Source: Planctomycetota bacterium (GTDB lineage: Bacteria; Planctomycetota; UBA1135; UBA2386). Taken from it: a stretch of 64,000 nucleotides of DNA. The translations under genes were made by a program, and so were the position numbers. Positions within the stretch are counted from its first letter, which is position 1. Each line of letters begins with the position of its first letter. The stretch spans positions 128,001 through 192,000 of the forward strand of contig CANMWZ010000002.1 in the NCBI GenBank assembly GCA_947501605.1. The letters are read 5' to 3'. The notes beneath the pieces were generated by a model. That model worked only from the letters and a program-made list of their open reading frames with translations. It did no database searches and was not told the origin of the DNA. Shown piece by piece: positions 20,914 to 31,900 of this stretch.

Positions 20914-21968
20914 GGCAGGCGTTCCTGCCATCGCGAGCGTGCCCGCGCCGAGATGGCGCACGCGGGCAGCGCCCTCGCGAGCACCGAGCCATGGCCTGGC
21001 CGACCACAGAATCGCTCCCACTGCAGCAGGTCGCCATCCTCGAACCGCAGCAACTCATCACCGATCGCCTCGATCAACTCGCGTGGCGTCGTGCACAGGC
21101 GAAAGCCGAGCGTGTCCCCGAAGTCCGTCGGCGAGCGAAAATCGGAACCATCATCGCGCGCACTCGCGAAGTGCGCACCGGTGACTTCGCGCGGCGCCCG
21201 GTCGCCGGCAGCGACGACGAGGAACAACGACGGGAACACCAACGGCACTGGCGCCCACAGAGAGAGTCCTGGCGACTGCGCGACCGCATCGTACGCGAGA
21301 GTCATCGCCGGTACGGGTTCGCGGTGGTCGATGTAGAACCACGACACGGGCACGGACTCGGTCCACTCCGCGACGTTGCCGATCAGATCGTAGGGCCCCT
21401 GTTGCGCGCGCCCGGACTCGAAGGTCCCTACTGGCAGCGGCGCAAACACGCCTAGATCGCTGGTGTTGGCGCGCGAGGCATCCGGCCGCGATCCCCACGG
21501 ATAGGCATCGCGACCATCCGTGGTACAGGCAAACCACCACTCATCTGCTCGCGGCAGCCGACAATGGCGCCAAGCCGCGAATGCTCGCGCGGTGCGCAAA
21601 TCGACGCGGGTGGCTGGATGCGCCGCCAACTCGCCGCCGACGACGGACGAGTTGGCGCCAGTCGTTGGACCGCGCGAGTTCCGTGCGAACTCGGCGAAAT
21701 CGCTGCGCGTCACCTCGAAGCGATCGAGAAAGAACGATCCGCCTTGCTCCGACCCGCGTTCGAACAGGACCAAATCACGCAGGGAGCCGAAGGGTCCGCG
21801 ACGCTTCAGCGACTCCGGCGAACGATCGCCGCTGCATGACGACAGCACGACAACACCAAGCATCAGGACGAGTCCTGCGGCCTGGTGCTGCCCGTGACGA
21901 ACCAGTCCGCGCCGCTCCCACCAGCCGTCGGCGCGCAGCGGCGCTTCCAGAGGAGTAGAGCGCGGCAC
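20910..21968 (-). CDS. FGE-sulfatase (SUMF1) domain protein, probable lipoprotein
   Basis: VVLSSC lipobox-like; FFLDRFEVT, RLPRADEW, YPWG, YDLIGNVAEW, LGFRL. Start uncertain. Confidence 0.85.
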   Translation of the reverse strand: MPRSTPLEAPLRADGWWERRGLVRHGQHQAAGLVLMLGVVVLSSCSGDRSPESLKRRGPFGSLRDLVLFERGSEQGGSFFLDRFEVTRSDFAEFARNSRGPTTGANSSVVGGELAAHPATRVDLRTARAFAAWRHCRLPRADEWWFACTTDGRDAYPWGSRPDASRANTSDLGVFAPLPVGTFESGRAQQGPYDLIGNVAEWTESVPVSWFYIDHREPVPAMTLAYDAVAQSPGLSLWAPVPLVFPSLFLVVAAGDRAPREVTGAHFASARDDGSDFRSPTDFGDTLGFRLCTTPRELIEAIGDELLRFEDGDLLQWERFCGRPGHGSVLARALPACAISARARSRWQERLP

Positions 21969-21974
21969 CTTGGT

Positions 21975-22646
21975 TCACCTGTCGAGCATCAGAATCTCGA
22001 CCCTGCGGTTCTGCTGGCGTGCGTCTTCGGTGCTGCCCGTGATAGTCGGGCGGTACTCGCCGTAGCCACCGACGCCGACCTGGTCGGCAGCGAAGCCGCT
22101 CTGGACCAAGAAGTCCGCGACTGCCAAGGCGCGCTCGGCCGAGAGGCGCAGGTTTGTGCCCCACCGACTGTTCTTGATCGGCGTGTCATCCGTGTGGCCA
22201 TCGACGCGAACGCGCTTGCCCTCTTGCTTCAGGGTTGCGATCAGCTTGCCAAGCGTCTGCTTGCCTTGCTCGCTGATCTCGATGCGACCGGGAGCAAACA
22301 GCACCCCGCCAAGAACGCGGAACGCGAGGCCCTCGCTGGTGCGCACGAGCTCCACACCATCAACGGCACCCGTACCGCCACTCTGGTACTGGCTGAGCAG
22401 TTTGTCGAGCTTGTCCTTCTGCTCGCGAATCCAGTCGGCATCAGCGGCCTGCTTGCCGAGCCGATCGAGCTCGCCACGCAACCGCTCATTCTCAAGACTG
22501 ATGGCATGCTGCGCCGCCGTGAGCGACGCGATCTCGGCTTTCAGTGCCTGGTTGGCGCCCAGCGCGCGCCGGTGCTCCTCCGGGCTGACGCAGGCGGCCA
22601 TCGTGAACATCGCTGCAAGTGCCAAGGTGCTTCTCATCGTCAGCAT
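21975..22646 (-). CDS. OmpA/MotB-family peptidoglycan-binding lipoprotein with coiled coil
   Basis: MAAC lipobox; VLFAPG, VDGHTDDTPI, NLRLSAERA, GYGEYRP, NRRVEI. Confidence 0.9.
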   Translation of the reverse strand: MLTMRSTLALAAMFTMAACVSPEEHRRALGANQALKAEIASLTAAQHAISLENERLRGELDRLGKQAADADWIREQKDKLDKLLSQYQSGGTGAVDGVELVRTSEGLAFRVLGGVLFAPGRIEISEQGKQTLGKLIATLKQEGKRVRVDGHTDDTPIKNSRWGTNLRLSAERALAVADFLVQSGFAADQVGVGGYGEYRPTITGSTEDARQQNRRVEILMLDR

Positions 22647-22863
22647 GGTCCCCTCCGGGGCCGTGGTAATCGTTCTCATCCGCGTGCCACTCAGCAGCCG
22701 ACCGGTGGCGGCGAGCGCAGGACGCAAACTAGCAACGACGCACGGCGATTGCCACAGCGAGGGCAGTAGCGACGGGCTCAACTAGGGACCTGTACATGCA
22801 AACGCGCGGACCAAGGGCCCGCGCGCCGCTCGAGTGCGAAGGTCGCAGCCGCGACCGCCGCGA

Positions 22864-23370
22864 TCAGCCGTTCTTCTTTTCGGCGAAGACCGACGTGTGG
22901 CCGCTTCCGGCCGGATCCACTTCCTGCGCGATCGAACGCGTGAGGAAGAAGCCCCAGATCATGACCAAGCAGCCGAGGATCCCGACCGCGGTGACCCAGC
23001 CCGGCTCCTTCTCATTCGCCGCGCCGGCCATCGCAGGAACGCGGGCTGACGGGGAACGGGCAACGCGCTTCTGCGCACGCGGCTCGTCGTCGACATCCGC
23101 CGACTCGGCCAGCAGCGTGTCCTCGCTGGACAATTGCTCCGTCACCATGCCGGTGTCGTCTTCCAGCGAATCGGCAAACGTCAGCTCCTCTTCGCCCTTG
23201 CTCTTCGACAGCAGCGTCTCGACATCTGCACGACGGAACCTCATCGAGTCCGGGCCGTCGCGGAACGCGCGGATCTCGCCCTCGGAGACCAACTTGCGCA
23301 GCTCTTCGCTACGCAGCTTGAGGTCGCGCAGGGCCTTCTCAAAGGAAATGAAATCGTCTTTCTCGGACAC
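22864..23370 (-). CDS. Excisionase-like HTH domain protein with acidic linker and C-terminal TM
   Basis: FISFEKALRDLKL...LVSEGEIRAFRDG...MRFRRADV; TM WVTAVGILGCLVMIWGFFL. Confidence 0.75.
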   Translation of the reverse strand: MSEKDDFISFEKALRDLKLRSEELRKLVSEGEIRAFRDGPDSMRFRRADVETLLSKSKGEEELTFADSLEDDTGMVTEQLSSEDTLLAESADVDDEPRAQKRVARSPSARVPAMAGAANEKEPGWVTAVGILGCLVMIWGFFLTRSIAQEVDPAGSGHTSVFAEKKNG

Positions 23371-23483
23371 GGCTGGGTTCCTTGGATTGGGAGGGGTCTA
23401 CAGAGGGTACGTGTTGCCAGCCATCGGGTTGGGCCAGCAGCGAGATCTTCGAAGTCTACCGCCGATCGGCGCCGCGTCGAGCC

Positions 23484-23975
23484 CTACTTCTTTGGCCCGG
23501 TGCCGGTTTCAAGCCCGGTCGTCACGTCAGGGTCCCTGGCACCGCGGTTGTCGAACACAGCCCGCAGCTTGCGGTAGTCGTACTCGCTGCGGTCGTTGTA
23601 GCCCTCGAGCATCAGGTCGAGGTCGAGTTTGCGCGCACCGACGAGCACAAGGCGGCGCTGCTCGGCACTGCCGCCGCGCCCTTCGTAGACGGCCATTTGA
23701 CGGTTGACCGTGTCGATCAGATAGAGCACCGAGGTGCCAACCCCGTAGCTACCCGTGACCGCCAAGAAACCGTTGTTGCTGGAGGCTTGGCCGCTGTCGT
23801 CTGGGTAGACGATCGGTGCGGTGGCGCTCGGCGGCGGCGTCACCGGCTCCACCGGCGGAGGGTTGGTGGGGCCGCGCCCCTGCGCGGAAAGCGTGGTGGG
23901 CCGCAGCAACTGCCCTACGAGAAAGCTGCCACCCATCAGGAGGCCAAGGACCAAAGTGTTCTGCCAGTGCTTCAT
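23484..23975 (-). CDS. Secreted hypothetical protein
   Basis: Signal/TM segment, Pro-rich linker, beta domain LAVTG...VLYLIDT...MAVYE...LVGARKL. Confidence 0.75.
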   Translation of the reverse strand: MKHWQNTLVLGLLMGGSFLVGQLLRPTTLSAQGRGPTNPPPVEPVTPPPSATAPIVYPDDSGQASSNNGFLAVTGSYGVGTSVLYLIDTVNRQMAVYEGRGGSAEQRRLVLVGARKLDLDLMLEGYNDRSEYDYRKLRAVFDNRGARDPDVTTGLETGTGPKK

Positions 23976-24070
23976 GCGGGAACTACTTGCGGCATTGCCG
24001 CGGCGAGGCCTGCAGCATGCCCCACGCCGACGGCATGCTCAAGGCCCGGTGCCGGCCCACCTACCATCCT

Positions 24071-25537
24071 TCAGGGTTTCTGGGCGCGCGGCAGGTGCAT
24101 CACGACCGTGAACCCGCGCCCGAGGCTGCTATCGACCACCATGGTGCCGCCGTGGTTTCGCACAATCGAGTAACTGATGAACATGCCGAGACCGCTGGCA
24201 TCTGGTCGCTCCTTCCGCGTGAAGAACGGATCCATGACGCGGCCGAGGTCCGCCGGGTCCATGCCGGGACCGTCGTCGACGATGTCGAGCCTCACCATTT
24301 CCCCTTCCACGGCGCCGCGGACGGCGATCGTTCCTGCGCGACCCCGCTCCTCGAACGCATCGAGCGAGTTCAAGAACAGGTTCAACACGACCTGCTGAAT
24401 CTCATGCGGGTCGCCGATCGCTTCCGGGAGCTCCAAGACGCCATCGACTCGCATCACGACGCCAAGCCGTTGCATTCGGTGGTCACACAGCGACCGCGCG
24501 CCTTCGATGCACCCGCGCAGAAAGAACGGTCGGGCAGCAACCTGCTTGGGCGAGAAGTCGAGCACCTTGCGCGCGGTCCGCGCCACGCGCTGCAGGCCGT
24601 CCTGCAACAACTGGAGGTACTGCACCTGCTTGTCGGTGAGCTTCTGATCGGCGAGCAATCGCACGACCGCGTTTTGCATTCCACCGATCGGATTGTTGAT
24701 CTCGTGCGCAATTCCCGCGGCAAGTGTGCCGACGGTTGCAAGGCGAGAACTCTGCACCAGTGCCCGCTCCGTGCGCTTGGCCTCTTCGACCGCGCTGCGA
24801 ACTGCAGCCTCGAGGTGCGCCGTGTTGTCCTGCACCTTGGCGGCCATCGCATTGAACGACTGCACGAGCGCAGCAAGTTCTGGCGCCCCCACAAACGTCG
24901 GCAGCCGGACTTCGTAGGAACCGGCGCCAACTCGTTCGGCAGCGACACCGATGCGTTGCAATGGTCGGCCAATGGTCCGCACGACGATCGGGTAGAGGAC
25001 GAGGCCAAACAGCAGCGAGCTGCCGAGTGCGGTCGCGAGCAAGAACCACCACGGCACCGACGGCGACTCGATGTCGAGACGCGGCACGAACCAGAGGTAG
25101 CCGGCGACCCGTTCCTCCGTACGAACAGCTGCACAGTAGCCGCCGGCAACTTGCACGAGGCCATAGTGCGCGCGGGCTCGCTGCATTCCGTCCAGCACGT
25201 CGGCGAGTGCAAAGCGATCAGGATCGCGATGGACCGCCCCACGAGGGTTGAGGTAGACGAGGCCGGATAATGGCGGGCGCCCGGACGTGACCACCACGTC
25301 CTCGAAGTACTCGCGAATAAGCGGACTCTGAACCAGAGCCCGCGCTTGCGTATCGTCACCCAAGCGCTCCGCCGAGTAGACATCGAGGAGGTAGGGCACG
25401 AGCGCCGCCGCGAGGTTCTCGCCCTGCTGCCGTCGGATCCACTCCTGCTGCAGGGCGAACAGTGCGGTCTGCACGCCGCCGACGACGAGCAGGTTCAACA
25501 GCAGCACCACCGCGAGCAAGCGGACGGCCAGCGACAT
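24071..25537 (-). CDS. Membrane sensor histidine kinase (HAMP-HisKA-HATPase)
   Basis: Two TMs, HAMP, H-box AAGIAHEINNP, NLFLNSLDA, DDGPG, PFFT, GLGM. Confidence 0.93.
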   Translation of the reverse strand: MSLAVRLLAVVLLLNLLVVGGVQTALFALQQEWIRRQQGENLAAALVPYLLDVYSAERLGDDTQARALVQSPLIREYFEDVVVTSGRPPLSGLVYLNPRGAVHRDPDRFALADVLDGMQRARAHYGLVQVAGGYCAAVRTEERVAGYLWFVPRLDIESPSVPWWFLLATALGSSLLFGLVLYPIVVRTIGRPLQRIGVAAERVGAGSYEVRLPTFVGAPELAALVQSFNAMAAKVQDNTAHLEAAVRSAVEEAKRTERALVQSSRLATVGTLAAGIAHEINNPIGGMQNAVVRLLADQKLTDKQVQYLQLLQDGLQRVARTARKVLDFSPKQVAARPFFLRGCIEGARSLCDHRMQRLGVVMRVDGVLELPEAIGDPHEIQQVVLNLFLNSLDAFEERGRAGTIAVRGAVEGEMVRLDIVDDGPGMDPADLGRVMDPFFTRKERPDASGLGMFISYSIVRNHGGTMVVDSSLGRGFTVVMHLPRAQKP

Positions 25538-25543
25538 GCGACT

Positions 25544-26782
25544 CTACCGGCCTCGGTTCAGCGACTGCATCATCGTCAGCAGCGGCGTGAACAGTGCGAA
25601 CACGATGAACCCAACGATCACCGCCATCACCACCAGCATCACCGGCTCGATGACCTTGAACGTCGTCTCGACCGTGCGATCGACCTCGATCTCGTAGCGG
25701 TCGGCGATCTTGACGAGCATCCGGTCGAGTTCGCCAGTCTGCTCGCCGACATCGACCATGTTGACGACGATGTCGTCGAACATGTGGCTCTCGCCCATAG
25801 GGATCGCAATGCCGGCGCCTTCACGGATCGAGTCGTGAATGCCCTGCACGGCATCCTGCATGTGCATGTTGGCGGACGACGCGTGCAGGATGTCGAGGGC
25901 CTCGAGGTGCGGCACGCCACTCTGGATCAGGGTGCCGAAAGTACGCGCGAACCTGGCCACCAGATTCTTGTGCACCAGGGGGCCGAACAGCGGCATGCGC
26001 AGCGAGAGCCGGTGCATGACGCGGCGATAGCCAGTGGCCTTGGTCATCAGCAGCTTGTGCAGGAACCAAGTGAGCACCACGGCCAACATGTAGACCCACC
26101 AGAAGACTTCGAGGTGCTCGCCAATGCCGATCACGACTTGGGTCGCCCACGGAAAACTCGCGACGCCGCCGCCAATGGACTGGAACACGCTCTTGAAGCG
26201 CGGAATCACGAAGGCGAAAACGAAGAGCAGCACGCCTGCCGCAATGACGAAGATCATCGCCGGATACGCCAGCGCGCCCTTCACCCGCGCCTTGATCGAC
26301 TCACTCTTCTCGAGGAAGCTCGCGAGGCGGTTCAGGATCTCCTCCTGCACGCCGCCCGCTTCGCCAGCCCGCACCATGTTGGTGTAGAGCGCGTCGAACG
26401 TATTGCCGAACTTGGCCATCGATTCGGACAATGGCGTGCCGGCCTCGACGTCTTCGACCAGGCTCCTGCTGATCCGCTTCATCGGACCCTGCGGCAACTG
26501 TCCCTCGAGGATGCGCAGACAACGCGTCACCGGGATGCCGGCATTGAGCAACACCGCCAACTGGTTGGTGAACTCCGCCAACGAGCGAGCGCCGACGCGC
26601 ACGCGCGGCGACAGCGAACGGCCCTCGCCATCCTTGATGGTCACGGCCGTCGTGGCTTTGGGAACGGGGAGCTTGCGCTGCAGCTTCTTGGGCATCGGCG
26701 GGCGAACCTGTCGGGTAGGGGCGCGCGGCGCCTCGCGCCGCGAACGATCATCGTTGCGCGAGAAGGGGCCAAGGGCAACCAT
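25544..26782 (-). CDS. pilC: Type II secretion system F / type IV pilus platform protein
   Basis: FTNQLAVLLNAGIP, NMVRAGEAGG, GALAYP, ARFARTFGTLIQSGVP, VGEQTGELD, IEP. Start may be 26695. Confidence 0.9.
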   Translation of the reverse strand: MVALGPFSRNDDRSRREAPRAPTRQVRPPMPKKLQRKLPVPKATTAVTIKDGEGRSLSPRVRVGARSLAEFTNQLAVLLNAGIPVTRCLRILEGQLPQGPMKRISRSLVEDVEAGTPLSESMAKFGNTFDALYTNMVRAGEAGGVQEEILNRLASFLEKSESIKARVKGALAYPAMIFVIAAGVLLFVFAFVIPRFKSVFQSIGGGVASFPWATQVVIGIGEHLEVFWWVYMLAVVLTWFLHKLLMTKATGYRRVMHRLSLRMPLFGPLVHKNLVARFARTFGTLIQSGVPHLEALDILHASSANMHMQDAVQGIHDSIREGAGIAIPMGESHMFDDIVVNMVDVGEQTGELDRMLVKIADRYEIEVDRTVETTFKVIEPVMLVVMAVIVGFIVFALFTPLLTMMQSLNRGR

Positions 26783-26853
26783 GCCGGCGGAGCGAACTCA
26801 CATCGGCAGGAACCGTCGCAGCACGCCGCCCGGCCATGGCACGGATTCCGCCA

Positions 26854-27753
26854 TCAGAGCGACACGAACAAGTGCGCCAGCAAGTCGATGCCGAATACGG
26901 ACCGCAGGACCGCCAGCAGCATGAGGACGAAGGCCAAGGCGAGAACCAACCACGGCCACCGGGACGGTCCAAGACGCGTGCCCCGATGGAGTGCGTTGAG
27001 ACGCGTCACCTCCTCGCCCGACAACTCCACGTCAACGGGCAGCGAGTCCGCTGGCGCCGCCACGACGTCGACCACCAGAGCCGTGCCGTTGTCGGGACCG
27101 CCAGCGGCCAGTGCCGCGGCGACGAGCCCCTCGGCGGCCGCTACCGCTGGGCGCTGACTGAGCAACTCGCGAACCTTGAGGTCGTCGACCACGCCCCAGA
27201 TTCCGTCGCTGCACAAGAGCAATCGGTCGCCGTCCAGCAACGCCAGTTCGATCAGGTCCGGGTCCTGCGGCGGCTGACCGCCACCGATACAGCGCAGCAG
27301 CCGATTGCGCTGATCCTGCATCGCATGGTCGGTGGTCAACCGTTCGAGCCGACCCAGGCGAAGCAGGTAGGCACGGCTGTCCCCGACATGGCCGATGACC
27401 GCCGTGTCGCGGGCACACGCGAGAGCTGTCAGCGTCGTGCCCATCTCATGCAGGGCCGGAACCAACCTGGCCTGCTCGGCAACGCGCTCGCTGGCACCCG
27501 CGAAGCCGCTCCGCACGGCCGCGGCGAGGTCGACATCTGCCGCCGACAGCAGTCCAGCAGCTAGGCCACGCAGCCCGCTGCGGCTCGCCTCTGTACCGCC
27601 GGCGACACCGCCCATTCCATCTGCCACCGCCGCCAGCAACAACACGGGCCGCGCGCCGGGAGGCGCCACGAGCAGATAGTCGTCTTCGTTGGCCGTGCGC
27701 ACGAGACCAGTGTGCGTCGCGACGCCGACGCGAAAGCGAGCTGGGACCTTCAC
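26854..27753 (-). CDS. PP2C-family Ser/Thr phosphatase with C-terminal TM
   Basis: GLVRTANED, VADGMGG, MGTT, HVGDSRAY, LLLCSDG, GGPDNGT. Confidence 0.92.
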   Translation of the reverse strand: MKVPARFRVGVATHTGLVRTANEDDYLLVAPPGARPVLLLAAVADGMGGVAGGTEASRSGLRGLAAGLLSAADVDLAAAVRSGFAGASERVAEQARLVPALHEMGTTLTALACARDTAVIGHVGDSRAYLLRLGRLERLTTDHAMQDQRNRLLRCIGGGQPPQDPDLIELALLDGDRLLLCSDGIWGVVDDLKVRELLSQRPAVAAAEGLVAAALAAGGPDNGTALVVDVVAAPADSLPVDVELSGEEVTRLNALHRGTRLGPSRWPWLVLALAFVLMLLAVLRSVFGIDLLAHLFVSL

Positions 27754-28853
27754 CCGTCCTCCGCCAGCAAGAACGTGCCAGAAGCCACGCTGCCCGCGAT
27801 CGTCGATACCAGCACCTGCACCGCGCCACGATCGAGCTGGTCGGGCAAAGTGGCCTCGTAGACGAAGCGCTCGCCCTCACGTCGCATGCTTGCCATCAAG
27901 CGCTGCTCGAACTCGGCCGCCACCCCCGGCACGACTGCGCCCTGTCCTGACAGCGGCCGGAGCCGGATCGCCGCTAGGCTCTCGGCGGCGTCGACCAACA
28001 GGGACCGGTCGCGTCCCATCGTCAGTGCCGCGACCCCGCGTTCGCGCAAGCGCTGCCGCATCGGCTCACTCTTGAGTTCGCGAGCGAGCGAGAGGAGCAG
28101 GCGACGCTGCGTCACCTCGCGAACGGCACGAGCAACCCGCTCGTCGTCGCTGCTGACCCAGAACGGCGGCACCAGGATCGAGGTGATGATGCCGACAGTG
28201 TCGCTCCGCTCGACCAGCGAGAGGTCGATGGGTCCGGCAGACGAGATCGAATCCGTCATCACGGCGCCGGTCTGCAGGTCGCGCAGGGTGACACGGAGGG
28301 TGACGCCACACTCGAAGGTGTGGTCCGGGATGAACATGCCGACGCCGAGCAACAGCCACGTCAACAAGGTCACTGGCCAACGGCCGTTGATGCCTTGCGC
28401 ATCGATTGGGTTGTCCTGGAGCTCTTCGACGACGAGCAGCAGGTCGAAGCCGCCGTCACGCGCGGACTGCAGGAAGTCGAGCAACTCCGGCGAGGTCCGC
28501 CGCGACAGCAGCTGCTGCCGCACCTCGACCCGGTGCGCGTCGAGGTCTTTGGCCACCCGCTGGAACACCGCGCCTTTCTCCAACACGGCGACGATGTCGG
28601 CCATCGACACCGGTTCGTCTCGCGTCGTCTGGCTGTCGGCAGCTGAGGCGAAGGTTCCGCCTGCTCCCGCCGAGGCGCGCTGGAGAAACGCGCCGCCGGT
28701 GACGAGGACCGAGTAGTCCAGTGGTGGCCGCTCCGCGAGGCCGGTGAGTTCGGACGTCGGCGACTGGCACGAAGTCAGCGCGGCAAACAGGAGGCCCCGC
28801 GCGAACCAACTGGCTCGCCGCGTGCTGCACAGGGCCTCGTCCGACACCGTCAT
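27750..28853 (-). CDS. Hypothetical lipoprotein with internal hydrophobic segments
   Basis: 3' part of track ORF 27750..29975; ALTSC lipobox; stop overlaps the PP2C start. Start uncertain. Confidence 0.7.
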   Translation of the reverse strand: MTVSDEALCSTRRASWFARGLLFAALTSCQSPTSELTGLAERPPLDYSVLVTGGAFLQRASAGAGGTFASAADSQTTRDEPVSMADIVAVLEKGAVFQRVAKDLDAHRVEVRQQLLSRRTSPELLDFLQSARDGGFDLLLVVEELQDNPIDAQGINGRWPVTLLTWLLLGVGMFIPDHTFECGVTLRVTLRDLQTGAVMTDSISSAGPIDLSLVERSDTVGIITSILVPPFWVSSDDERVARAVREVTQRRLLLSLARELKSEPMRQRLRERGVAALTMGRDRSLLVDAAESLAAIRLRPLSGQGAVVPGVAAEFEQRLMASMRREGERFVYEATLPDQLDRGAVQVLVSTIAGSVASGTFLLAEDG

Positions 28854-28935
28854 CAAGAGCACCATGGTGCGCACCTTGGCCATCGCGCGCGAGCTTCGTA
28901 CTGGGTTCTCGCGGACGGCACTGCCGGCGGCGTGC

Positions 28936-31900
28936 TCATCGGCTTCGCATTCGTTGGACAAAGCCGTTGCCGCCGACCACGCGGAAGCCAGTGAATGCCA
29001 AGCGAGGATCCGAGGCCAAAGGCATGAGATCGCGTCCGTCACGACGGAGTTGCTCGGTGCGCACCACACCTGGAACCGAGGCCGGTAGCGCCTCGAGGGC
29101 AAGCGTCGCAACGTCGATTGGGAGCCCCTTGTCGTCGAGCAGGCCGTGAAGCTCACCCGTACCCAGTCCGCGCACGACAGCGAAGGTCCGCAACCGGGCT
29201 TGGAGATCGGCCGGCGCCCGCGAGGACAGATCCACGGTCGCAGCTCTGCCGCCGGACAGTTCGAGAGCGCGCTGCACATGCAGTTCGCGATCGGCGATCC
29301 ACTCGCGCAACAGCGGCTCGCTTTCGGTGTCGCGGCCCTGCGGCAGATCGAGGACCCACTCTCGCACCCCGAAGTCGAGACCGAGCAGATCGACACCGGC
29401 CTCCGACGGCACGCGATCGCCGCTTGCGCTCGCTTCGCTGGCGGCCGGTCCCGCGAATGGGTAGGCGCGGACTGCAGGTTCGCGCCACGACCTCGCCTGC
29501 ACGCGCCCGCCCCTGCCGGTCGCAGCATTGCGAGCGGTGGCGCCAGGGACCGGTCCAAACGCGGCGAGTTCGAGTTCGCAACCCAGAGGCAGTCGGAACA
29601 ACGCCGGATCGCCCGCGACCACGACGCCCAGCAGCCGGACCGCCGCGTAGGCCTGGAAGAAGTCGATCCCCGTAACCGCAGCTGCGGGGGTCGCGCTCGC
29701 GGCGCGTGCAAACGTCTTCTCATCGCCGTCGCACCCGTGTGGCAGCATCGCCGCGATCGTGAACCGCAGGTCGCCCAGAGGGTCGTCGCGATGCGCCAGC
29801 TTGCGGCCACTCGCCGACGGCAACGAGTGGAGTAGCGCTTGGTACTGCAGCAGGGTGATCTCGCGATCCTGGACGAACAGGTCGCCAAGGCCGCGCACAG
29901 GCTCGGCAAACTGCGGGCGGTAGAGCCCGCGTTGCGGCGCATCGGCAGGCACCGGGTCCGGCCATTCGCCGCCATCGGGAGCGAGCACGGGAACGAAGGT
30001 GATCTCCGCCAACGCCGATGGAATCACTGCGTCGCTGACTTCGTCGAGCCTGAGCACGCGCAACGCTGACCGCGCCGTACGCAGCACCAAGTCGAGCATG
30101 AAATCGCCCGCCGGAGTCGTGAGCCGGGCCGGCAACACAGCACCGACGCCTTTGCTGTAATCCGCCCGTGAGAGGTCGGCGAGACCCTTCGCCGTACGCC
30201 ACAGCGCGAACGGGATGACGAAGGCGATCTCCGACCCGCCATCGCGCCCGCGGACCTGAGCCGCCGGCAACTCAACCCCTTGAACAACGAGTCGCAGGGC
30301 CATGGTCGCAGAGGGTGCAAACTGCAGCGTGCTGCGCAGCGCGAGCCGGACCGACTGATTGAACTCGACGCGCAGCTCTTCGGCGAGCAACTGCGGCGGC
30401 GTCGGATCGTCGACGAAGTCCGCGATCACCGACAACGGCCGTCCTTCGTGATCGACCAGCGGTGCGCGCTCGTCGCCGAGCCAGACTTCCACGTCGCGAC
30501 CGAGCACGTCAACCAACTCGACGGCGAGGACGTTGCGGCCGCGGAGTAGACGGCACGGCGGTAGCAAGCTGCCGTCATCGCTCGCGGCATTGAGCAAGGG
30601 CTGCGGCAGCAGCCGTTGCGGATCCGCCCCGCTCCACAAGCGACCGCGCAGATAGCGACTGAGCCCGCCATCCACGCGAAGGCCCGCACCTGGCCGCAAC
30701 ACCGCGCCGTCGGAACGCAAGAGGTTCGCCTGCTGCAACGCCGGCAGGAACCCCTCCCGACACTCGGGAAGCCGCAGTGCCAATCGCGTCGGCAAGACCT
30801 GCAGCACCTGGTGGAACGCGACCGAGCCAGTTCTGCCGCCACCGCGTTCTTCGAGCTCGAGCACCAGTTCGTAAGTCCCCGGTTCGAGCCCACGCACTGC
30901 GACCTGCCACTGCGCCGCGTCCGCCGCGAGCTCGACCTTCGCCGAAGCCGGCCCCGGACCGCCGCCTTGCGCCCGCAGCGTGGCAGCGACCGGCACGAAG
31001 GTCGGACTACAGGTGAAGGCCACCGTGCCGCCGATCTGGCCGGTAGCAAGTTCGCCGCCGAGGACGGCGATGCTGGCCTCGCCTGACGGCGTGAACACCG
31101 CGTCGAGCCGCCGGCTGCGGAAGGCGAGCGACAGAGTCCGCTGCTGTCGATTGCCCGCGCCATCGATGATGGTGAAGGCGTAGAGCCCGGAAGCAAAGGC
31201 CTCGCCCTGACCAGCGGCACCGAGTTCGGCCTCGTACCAGCCTGCCGTGAGCGGCTGGAGCGACGACACCGATCGCTGCCGACCTTGGTCGTCGTGGACC
31301 TCCATCGTCAGGGAACCCTCGTCGTGGTGCAGCCGCACGCGCACCACGGCACGGTCCTCCAGGAACGGGATGGAGGATTCACCCGCCGGCCCGGTCACCA
31401 CTTCGACGGCCGGTGCGCCAAAATCGCACTCGCTGATGGCGCTTTGAGCGGAGGCTGCACGGTTGCCGGCACGATCGACCGCGAGGGCCGTCAACGTCGC
31501 CGCACCGAGCGGACCGCCAACACCGACGATCTCCGTCATCGCGGCGCCGAGGCCGAACTGCTCGGCATCCATGGGCAGCGGCACCGAGTAGGACGCCCCG
31601 CTCTCCAAGCGCAGCACCAGATGCAGCGACTCCAGTCCCGCGCTTTCGCGCACAGTGAGCCGCACCGTCGAAGCACTGTTCAGCGCGCTGGAACTCTTGG
31701 GCATGAGTTCGAGCTCTACTTGCGGCGCCGTGGCATCCAGGCACAGACGCGCGCCGCCGAGCAACGCCACGCCGGGCACGACGAAGGCAACGTCAACCGG
31801 ACCGTCAGAACTAGCGCGCTCGACCCCGAGCAGAGCATCGCGCCACGATTCCTGGGCGTCCGAGAGCACCAGGACTCCTTCGCTGTCAATGGCCGGCAGA

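Noticed and set aside
20910..29400. Diversity-generating retroelement targeting the two FGE-type C-termini
   Set aside because: No reverse transcriptase and no template/variable repeat pair visible in the window.
28854..29975. N-terminal extension of the 741-aa ORF 27750..29975
   Set aside because: Overlaps the kinase gene in another frame and is Arg/Ser/Cys-rich noise; protein-like sequence starts near 28853.
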